Shown here piece after piece: positions 57,870 to 64,000 of a stretch of DNA of 64,000 nt. The notes under the pieces are model-generated. The model saw only the letters and a list, made by a program, of their open reading frames with translations, had not been told where the DNA came from and did no database searches. Every line of letters begins with the position of its first letter. Within the stretch, counting starts at the first letter, position 1. Both the position numbers and the translations under genes were made by a program. The DNA comes from a virus (lineage: Duplodnaviria; Caudoviricetes), in IMG/VR virus record IMGVR_UViG_3300037991_006036, positions 58,294-122,293 of that record. One strand, written 5' to 3'.

Positions 57870-58226
57870 TTATTTCCAAAATACCTGCACTGCCATTAAG
57901 CCTAATGCAAGTGATAAACTTACTAGGGTTTTTGCATTCATTCCTTCGTTCTTTAACAAATACACTAGCAATGCGAATATGATAACTCCAATTCCAAAAC
58001 TTAAAAATCTTGCAGGCCATAACACTCCACCAAAACCAGTAACCATATACTTTGTAGCAAAGTAATAAAATATTGATATTGGGATGGATGGTATGATTAT
58101 AAATAACCAAGGATGTTCTTTTGCCCATGTCCAAACAAACTGACTGTTTAGTTGAAACCATGTAGATGCTTGTGCAGCTATCATGAAGAATGCTCCAATT
58201 ATAATTGATCTGATATCCATTAACAA
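57870..58226 (-). CDS. Four-TM membrane protein (DMT/SMR-like size)
   Basis: 118 aa with four hydrophobic helices. Confidence 0.65.
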   Translation of the reverse strand: MLMDIRSIIIGAFFMIAAQASTWFQLNSQFVWTWAKEHPWLFIIIPSIPISIFYYFATKYMVTGFGGVLWPARFLSFGIGVIIFALLVYLLKNEGMNAKTLVSLSLALGLMAVQVFWK

Positions 58227-58657
58227 CCTTCTAAATATTCTTCTAATACTTCTCTCATCTCTAAAAATAATTCCTTTACATCTCTTTGTGGATTCTCAAA
58301 CCAGATTTGACAATATTTGGAAACCTCATCTAAAGCTAGAGTGGATGAAGTTTGCCAGAATAGTTCAGCGTCTTTACCACTCTGAAGCATTGTATCAAGA
58401 AACATGAATGCTTTTGTGTACGGTGATATAAACTCATCTGCAATTCCATCCTTACTATAAGGACCAAACTTATCTAGCTGATCTACGTTTTCTTCTGGAT
58501 CATAAATCATCTGCCACACATACTCTGCATACGGTTTATCTTCTACAAAATGCTCTGAAGTCCACTCCTCCATACCTCCAAAAGTTTCTACACTCTTGAG
58601 AGCTTCAGGAGAAACTCTCTCCGGATACTCTAACCACTCAGTTATATTTATTGCCAT
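58220..58657 (-). CDS. Acidic hypothetical protein
   Basis: 145 aa, coupled. Confidence 0.65.
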   Translation of the reverse strand: MAINITEWLEYPERVSPEALKSVETFGGMEEWTSEHFVEDKPYAEYVWQMIYDPEENVDQLDKFGPYSKDGIADEFISPYTKAFMFLDTMLQSGKDAELFWQTSSTLALDEVSKYCQIWFENPQRDVKELFLEMREVLEEYLEGC

Positions 58658-59001
58658 TAGTTTTGGTATTTTTCAAATTCAAATGTTGGATTACTCTTTT
58701 CCAATTTAACTTGTCGATCTCTCAATGCAGTTCCTAACTCTTTATCATTAGGAGTTGTCTTAATTGTATGACTGATAGGGTTTGCATTGATTGGTAGCTT
58801 AATACCAAAGACTGTTTTAATCTCTTTGTCAGATAAAACGTCTGCACTCACCACACTTCCTGGCCATATTGCAGTATAAGGTGATTCCTTTATTACATAA
58901 AAGAGACGCTCATCTCCGTCTGTAAATCCAGTTGGAATAAACCTCACTACCTCATCTTCTGTTTCTAAATTGTAAATTGTTGCTGTGCTTAACTTGTCCA
59001 T
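58657..59001 (-). CDS. Hypothetical protein
   Basis: 114 aa; TPNDKELG motif. Confidence 0.65.
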   Translation of the reverse strand: MDKLSTATIYNLETEDEVVRFIPTGFTDGDERLFYVIKESPYTAIWPGSVVSADVLSDKEIKTVFGIKLPINANPISHTIKTTPNDKELGTALRDRQVKLEKSNPTFEFEKYQN

Positions 59002-59021
59002 ATGTTTAATTTATTTGATTA

Positions 59022-59050
59022 AATATACGGACTTTTATTCGATTTTGCAA
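59022..59050 (-). promoter_or_regulatory. Host-type promoter TTGCAA-N17-TATATT
   Basis: Upstream of 59001; marks the switch from the leader cluster to non-leader genes. Confidence 0.55.
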
Positions 59051-59581
59051 CTATGCTTTGACTGATTTTATTATAATATCTGGATATTTGTCTTGAAGCT
59101 TTGCTACTGCATCTACATTCTTCTGAGAATCATCTATAAAGAATATCTTGTTATAACCTTTCTTGATTTCCTTTTCAATATACTCAGCTTTCTTTTGTGG
59201 ATTAGAGTCACCTACTGGTACAATGTATGGGTCAATGTTGTGTTGTGTCTTGAAGAAATGCTTCATTGGATATCCCATTGCACGTGCTGTTAGTATAGTG
59301 ACTTTGTTTTGTGCATTAGACATAGCTTTCTTCAGCATCTTCATGTTACGATCAATAGTCTGTGGATTCTTTAACATGCTGTTAAAATCTTTCCAATCAA
59401 ACTTATCACCTGGCTCCTCTTCGTACTTGGCATACTCAGCTGGATCCAAAGTTAATTTAGTTCCATCTGCTTTTGTTATGTATATGTAAGATTCAGATGT
59501 AGCTAATGTATCATCAAAGTCAAATATGACAAGTCGTTTGCCAAGTTGCTTTTCGTTTAATATTTCAGCTAGTTTGATCAT
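59051..59581 (-). CDS. HAD-superfamily phosphatase with class-B leader
   Basis: MIKLAEILNE; FDFDDTL, ILTAR, K, FIDDS motifs. Confidence 0.85.
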   Translation of the reverse strand: MIKLAEILNEKQLGKRLVIFDFDDTLATSESYIYITKADGTKLTLDPAEYAKYEEEPGDKFDWKDFNSMLKNPQTIDRNMKMLKKAMSNAQNKVTILTARAMGYPMKHFFKTQHNIDPYIVPVGDSNPQKKAEYIEKEIKKGYNKIFFIDDSQKNVDAVAKLQDKYPDIIIKSVKA

Positions 59582-60645
59582 CCCTTCTTCCAGCCTCCTC
59601 CAGCTGCTTTGTATTTTTTAGCTGCCCATGCATTAGCATAAGCACTTGGATAAACATCAAATTTCTTCTTAGCTTGTGACTTGTAATATGACCATTTTGA
59701 TGGATTAGTTGGTACATTCTTTTCTAAAAATAACTCCAACTTTTCATGTAGCTTGTTACTCATTTCGTTTGCTTTAGTTTTTACTCTAATAGGTTTACGT
59801 CCTTGTCCTGGTTGTTTCTTTCCTCCTCTACCAGCTTTATTTTGTGCTGCTCGTTTTCTACGAGTAGCTGATTCTTTTTCTTTCTTACTCATGGTTCTTG
59901 CTTTAGCAGCAGGAACACACTTAGCATATCCTCTCTTCTTACCACTTGTTCCACATTCTGGATGCTTACCAGATTTATCCTTCTTTCCAATATTCACCCA
60001 CTTCTGTTTGAACCACTTACGAAGATCTTCTGAGAGCTCTACTTTCTTGAGTTTGTCTTGATTTTTCATATACCAATCTAACCAGGTTTTTTTGATTTCA
60101 TTCCAATCTGCATCTTTGTGATGTTGAAAGTTTAGTATATTTTCCTTTTGCCAATCATCCATCACTTGATCGAGTGTTTGTTTTTTGTATCTCGCTCTTG
60201 TTATAAAACCCTTAACATAAGCAGGCACTTCAACAGCACTTGTTAAGTATCCTTGATAAGTGTCATGGTCTTTGTCAGATCCTGTGACTATAAACATATC
60301 ATCAAAATTCTGTTGTCCAACATGCTCAAGCTCGTGTCTAACCGACTCTCTAATCTCTGCAATAAAGTCATTCATAGCTGCTGGGAACATTTTTGGGTTA
60401 TACTCTATATCTAAGGTTAGCTTATCCGAAGATCCTCCTCCAGTTATTGAGTGTGAGTATTCTTGATTAGGTCTTTTGTGAAACTTTGCAACTAAATCAA
60501 ACTCTGCTTCTTCATCACCTCGCTCTATCACATACATCTCTTTGAAGTTTCTTTTATTCTTAAACGCATCAACAATGTCTTTAGATATCATCTTGGTATA
60601 TGAATCAAATATTCCTTCGTACAGTATATCTTTCAGCTTACTCAT
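59578..60645 (-). CDS. Modular class-B leader protein: HExxH domain plus basic DUF5872-like modules
   Basis: MSKLKDILYE; RHELEH..EVPAY; LSE-DLRKWFKQKWV; YPSAYANAW. Confidence 0.75.
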   Translation of the reverse strand: MSKLKDILYEGIFDSYTKMISKDIVDAFKNKRNFKEMYVIERGDEEAEFDLVAKFHKRPNQEYSHSITGGGSSDKLTLDIEYNPKMFPAAMNDFIAEIRESVRHELEHVGQQNFDDMFIVTGSDKDHDTYQGYLTSAVEVPAYVKGFITRARYKKQTLDQVMDDWQKENILNFQHHKDADWNEIKKTWLDWYMKNQDKLKKVELSEDLRKWFKQKWVNIGKKDKSGKHPECGTSGKKRGYAKCVPAAKARTMSKKEKESATRRKRAAQNKAGRGGKKQPGQGRKPIRVKTKANEMSNKLHEKLELFLEKNVPTNPSKWSYYKSQAKKKFDVYPSAYANAWAAKKYKAAGGGWKKG

Positions 60646-61232
60646 TTCTTTTTTCCACTCTTCATGTTAGCACACCAATGATACATCTTACCTCTTTCAC
60701 CACCATACTTCTTAGCTCTTGCTCGCAAATCAGTTACTGATCCTTTACAACTAGCTCCTGCACGTTTGACTCTACCTGGACGACTCTTGCCTTTCTTTTT
60801 TCCATCTTTGAAGTTTTCAGAAACTGCTTCATATTTTTTCCAATTCTCTTCTGCTTTCAGAGCTTCTTTTTCATATGGATGATTTGTGTAGTTAAATCCT
60901 TTATCATAAAACTCTTTAAACTTTGCTTGGTCTTGTAGTGTGTGTGTATGTTCATGCAATAAGGATCTAATAATATTTTCTTCAGTTATCATTAGTTCTG
61001 AATATAAATATATGATGTTATCGTATGGATCATATTCAGCATCTGGATTACCTTCTTCTCGTTTTAGATCCTCAACTGCAACTGCACCTAATCTATCCCA
61101 TATGTTTGGATGAACCTCAACTGGCTTAGCTTGTCCACCTAAGTCTTTAACTATTTGTGGATACACTCTATCAACAATCTTCTTGATCTCGCTCTCAGTC
61201 ACTTCTTTCAATATGTCTTTTAGCTTAATCAT
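60642..61232 (-). CDS. Class-B leader protein: HExxH metallopeptidase-like domain plus basic C-module
   Basis: MIKLKDILKE; LLHEHTH..PYEKEA; VSE-NFKDGKKKGKSRPGR. Confidence 0.75.
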   Translation of the reverse strand: MIKLKDILKEVTESEIKKIVDRVYPQIVKDLGGQAKPVEVHPNIWDRLGAVAVEDLKREEGNPDAEYDPYDNIIYLYSELMITEENIIRSLLHEHTHTLQDQAKFKEFYDKGFNYTNHPYEKEALKAEENWKKYEAVSENFKDGKKKGKSRPGRVKRAGASCKGSVTDLRARAKKYGGERGKMYHWCANMKSGKKK

Positions 61233-62230
61233 TTTGTTTGCCTCTCTCTATCTGTAGGATATAGTTGAAAGTAATCATCGTATGCTCTGTATCTGTAGCT
61301 GTTGTTTAACTTGGGTAGTTGCTTCTTTATGTATGCTGAGTATAGCTTTCCTCTTTTGCTAGAGGTTCCATACTCTGATTCATCCTCCTCAACCTTCGGT
61401 TCAATATTAATCTCATGTATTACGAAATACTCATCCCACTCATTGATCCATTGCAATACGATAGCTACTATTGTAGCCATCACTCTGTATTGTTCATGCA
61501 TGTTAGTCATCCTCATCTTATTGTCTATTTTACCAAAAGACTTAGTATAGAAATCAACGCCAACTTCGAGACCTTCTTGTTCATAATCTCCATCTGAATC
61601 ATATTCAATCTTTACAATATATTCAGTTCCCTTATCTGTTTTAAATTGAAAATTAGAATCTCCTAGATAAGCAGTAGTCGATCCACCACCATATCGTTGC
61701 TGTTTAAACTCAGCAGGAGTCCACATGATGTTGTTGAGGGATTGTTCTTTCCAATCATATGGTTTGATAGATGCATCTCCTATCTCTTTCAACATAGGCA
61801 TGAGCTTAGTCATATCTGCTCTATCAACTGGCATCTCTTCTTTTCCTACTTCCTTATCATCAGTAGGAATATCCTCATACATACTGATCGTATCTCCTGA
61901 CATCTCCCAAGGACCCCAATGCTTTGCTTTGAGTATCCATTTTAGTGATTCATCTGTATTGTAGTATTTGTTATCCTCCTTACGAACACCTCCAATAGCA
62001 TAGTATAAATCTTTAGGTACTTCTAACTTTTTTCCATTAGAGTGATCTAATACTGTATCGTTTGTTTCTACCCAAGCATGACCAAATCTCTTACCTTCCA
62101 ATGCTCCTTGTCCATTCACCATTCCATGCACTAGTGTGTGATCACCACGTAACTTTGTCATAAGTCTGCCAGCTGCTTGATAACAATCTCCAGTTGCAAC
62201 TTCTAGTAATATGTTGTTAAGTTTGATCAT
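61229..62230 (-). CDS. Class-B leader protein: Cys/His (papain/transglutaminase-like) domain plus second domain
   Basis: MIKLNNILLE; GDCY..LVHG..GHAWVE..D; internal LKE-IGD. Confidence 0.7.
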   Translation of the reverse strand: MIKLNNILLEVATGDCYQAAGRLMTKLRGDHTLVHGMVNGQGALEGKRFGHAWVETNDTVLDHSNGKKLEVPKDLYYAIGGVRKEDNKYYNTDESLKWILKAKHWGPWEMSGDTISMYEDIPTDDKEVGKEEMPVDRADMTKLMPMLKEIGDASIKPYDWKEQSLNNIMWTPAEFKQQRYGGGSTTAYLGDSNFQFKTDKGTEYIVKIEYDSDGDYEQEGLEVGVDFYTKSFGKIDNKMRMTNMHEQYRVMATIVAIVLQWINEWDEYFVIHEINIEPKVEEDESEYGTSSKRGKLYSAYIKKQLPKLNNSYRYRAYDDYFQLYPTDRERQTK

Positions 62231-62430
62231 TCAAATTTTCTTCTATACTTTGCACGTTGATCTTCTAGTACATACTCAACTACATCTCTTTTACCGCAAT
62301 GTGGACAATTCAAATGCTCAATGTTTTCAGCTTCATTAATCTTCCACTCTCCTTTGCAGGAGCTACACTTATAAATGTATGTGTGTCGGATAAATACTTT
62401 GTGGCTCATATCTGTGTGTCGGGATACCAA
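62227..62430 (-). CDS. Zinc-ribbon protein
   Basis: CSSC..CPHC; true start probably MSHK. Confidence 0.65.
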   Translation of the reverse strand: MVSRHTDMSHKVFIRHTYIYKCSSCKGEWKINEAENIEHLNCPHCGKRDVVEYVLEDQRAKYRRKFE

Positions 62431-62458
62431 TCGTTGTCATCCCATTCGTCTGGTTGAT

Positions 62459-62932
62459 TCATTTTATTGGTCCTCCTCCGACCCAAGCATCGCAAGATCT
62501 AGCTCCTGCACACTTGAACCAAAAGAATTCACAGAAACCTATATTTGCATTTTTAACTATCGTTTTGCCATCTGGTCCTATGGCTTTTTCAATTTTATTG
62601 AGTGTAGCTTTCTTCTGATCAAATGCTCCACAATTACCACACCTTGATTGTTTAGCAGCTTCTACTGTAGTATTCCACAGCTCAGCTTTATCTTCCCAAA
62701 AAGGTTCAGATCCTTTTTCGTCATCTGGATTGAGTGGTCCATAACTATATTCTTTGATTGTACGATTTCTGTTTAGAGTATTAAGATCTAAATCAGTAAT
62801 CGAATCCTCAGGCTTACCATCTTTGTTACCAATCTCCTTTTCTTTTTTCAAAGCAGCTGGAGTATTGTATCCATCATAATCTGATAACTTTCCTTCAAGG
62901 ACAATGTCTTTTACTATTCCTTTGAGTTTCAT
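62459..62932 (-). CDS. Cys-rich protein with class-B-like leader
   Basis: MKLKGIVKDIVLE; RCGNC..FCE..KC..CDAW metal-binding pattern. Confidence 0.75.
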   Translation of the reverse strand: MKLKGIVKDIVLEGKLSDYDGYNTPAALKKEKEIGNKDGKPEDSITDLDLNTLNRNRTIKEYSYGPLNPDDEKGSEPFWEDKAELWNTTVEAAKQSRCGNCGAFDQKKATLNKIEKAIGPDGKTIVKNANIGFCEFFWFKCAGARSCDAWVGGGPIK

Positions 62933-63504
62933 TAGAATTTACCTATCATTATTTTAGTTACCGGCTGTCCATTAATCTGTCTTGTGTACCATCCATTTCC
63001 AGGTTTGTTGCCTTTAGGATGTTTTCCATGCCATGTTGTCTCTTTAGATCTTCTATCACCTAATACTTTACGTACTTGTGCTTCATCTTCTACTACTGGA
63101 ACACCTCCTCTACCTACAAACGTATCGAAAGCAGCACCTGACACTTCTACATAGTTTCCAGGCTTCTTGAGTTCAGCTGACTTCTTTGTTAAAAGGTTTT
63201 TGATATTCCCTCGTTCACCGTCATGTCCCATTCCAGTGTGTTTAACTCCAAATGGTGTTTCTTTTCCAAAATACACTACATCAATCTCAGGATCTGCATC
63301 CAAGTCAGCAACTCTCCAGAATTTGAGATTTGGATCTGTCATCTTATCTGGACTCTTGTATTTGAGATGTCCTCCAATAGGAGCATAGGCATTTGCAACA
63401 AGGTTATAGAGATCTTGTTTTAGATCATCCACGTCTGCGCTTGTTGGCTCTACATATTTACCTTTAGGTAAATCTAATTCTTTTAGAATGTCTTTCAGTT
63501 TCAT
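62932..63504 (-). CDS. Class-B leader protein, unknown function
   Basis: MKLKDILKE; first gene after the late motif. Confidence 0.8.
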   Translation of the reverse strand: MKLKDILKELDLPKGKYVEPTSADVDDLKQDLYNLVANAYAPIGGHLKYKSPDKMTDPNLKFWRVADLDADPEIDVVYFGKETPFGVKHTGMGHDGERGNIKNLLTKKSAELKKPGNYVEVSGAAFDTFVGRGGVPVVEDEAQVRKVLGDRRSKETTWHGKHPKGNKPGNGWYTRQINGQPVTKIMIGKF

Positions 63505-63516
63505 TAAAGGTGTTTC

Positions 63517-63978
63517 CTATAAATAGTCTTCAAAAATTTTAAGTGGGGTTCTGTGACCGTGATCTCTTAGATAGTATTTCATCTGACCTTCTGCAATGCT
63601 CTTTCTAAGCATGTTAGCAGTTTTAGTAGGATCAATCACATCATCCTCACTACCATTAATCATCACACCGACCACTTCGTTAGGTCCCTCATAAACACCC
63701 TCAGGCTCAAAAGCTCTACTGTGGAGAGCAGGATTAAGAAGCACAACTGGTGTCTTTGTATGAGTAGCAATCATATAAGCAAAGTAGCCTCCCATACTAC
63801 TACCAATGAGTAAGTCAGGCTTGACACTATTGACTAACTCTAACATGTGTTTGAATAAATTAGGATCTTGATAATCCATCTCAGGAGCAAGCACATAGTA
63901 TTTTTTAGCAAGGAAATCAACCTTTGGCCCTCCTTGCCCACTCTCTAAACCGTGAAAATATATTACTTTTTGTTTCAT
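63517..63978 (-). CDS. Alpha/beta hydrolase (YqiA/UPF0227-like esterase)
   Basis: YFHGLES, GSSMGG nucleophile elbow, LLNPAL, DDVI, GH. Confidence 0.85.
   Translation of the reverse strand: MKQKVIYFHGLESGQGGPKVDFLAKKYYVLAPEMDYQDPNLFKHMLELVNSVKPDLLIGSSMGGYFAYMIATHTKTPVVLLNPALHSRAFEPEGVYEGPNEVVGVMINGSEDDVIDPTKTANMLRKSIAEGQMKYYLRDHGHRTPLKIFEDYL
63518..63525 (-). promoter_or_regulatory. Putative late promoter TATTTATA
   Basis: CTATTTATAG overlapping the upstream stop codon, 13 nt before the class-B cluster. Confidence 0.55.
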
Positions 63979-63987
63979 TCTCTCTCT

Positions 63988-64000
63988 CTTTACGTAGTAA
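63988..64000 (-). promoter_or_regulatory. Repeated palindromic promoter (copy 5, truncated)
   Basis: CTTTACGTAGTAA at the window end, upstream of the 63978 start. Confidence 0.55.

Noticed and set aside
65-63423. Numerous + strand ORFs in the track
   Set aside because: Nearly all are antisense shadows of longer, motif-bearing, translationally coupled minus-strand genes and have no recognisable features.
1-64000. Alternative genetic code (stop reassignment, as in some large Bacteroidota phages)
   Set aside because: Standard code 11 gives dense, intact genes, and TAA, TAG and TGA all terminate genes at tight junctions.

Overview
A 64-kb segment of a large, AT-rich tailed phage with a contractile (T4-like baseplate) tail. 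The host is probably Bacteroidota/Flavobacteria, given a T9SS C-terminal sorting domain and Bacteroidota-style -33/-7 promoter spacing. Essentially every real gene is on the minus strand; the + strand ORFs are shadows. From right to left: (i) 63.5-59.0 kb, a late-type cluster of unrelated proteins that start M-(I)-K-L-x-D/E-I-L-x-E; (ii) 59.0-48.4 kb, small early/middle genes, a MoxR AAA+/VWA pair, a repeated palindromic promoter, a ~440-nt ORF-free hairpin-rich segment and a cluster of DnaA-box-like 9-mers; (iii) 48.0-43.7 kb, a tandem array of small acidic proteins sharing a second leader, K-x-R-L-x-E-L/M-A-G-x-x-E; (iv) 43.6-33.2 kb, a T9SS-cargo/beta-barrel/thioredoxin-like operon, endolysin and holin, an Ntn-hydrolase and three lectin-like proteins with a shared N-terminus; (v) 33-28 kb, HPRT, an HD hydrolase and a gp55-like sigma factor; (vi) 28-0.5 kb, the spike/baseplate/tail module. 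The most striking signal is a probable capsid-cargo addressing system. About 18 unrelated proteins carry one of two short leaders, nearly all ending in [LIV]-x-E, and lie downstream of the same late-promoter motif as the structural genes. Several are built as polyproteins with internal [LIV]-x-E linkers, and in one case cleavage after the Glu would expose an Ntn-hydrolase catalytic Cys. All assignments come from motif recognition by eye; no searches were run.
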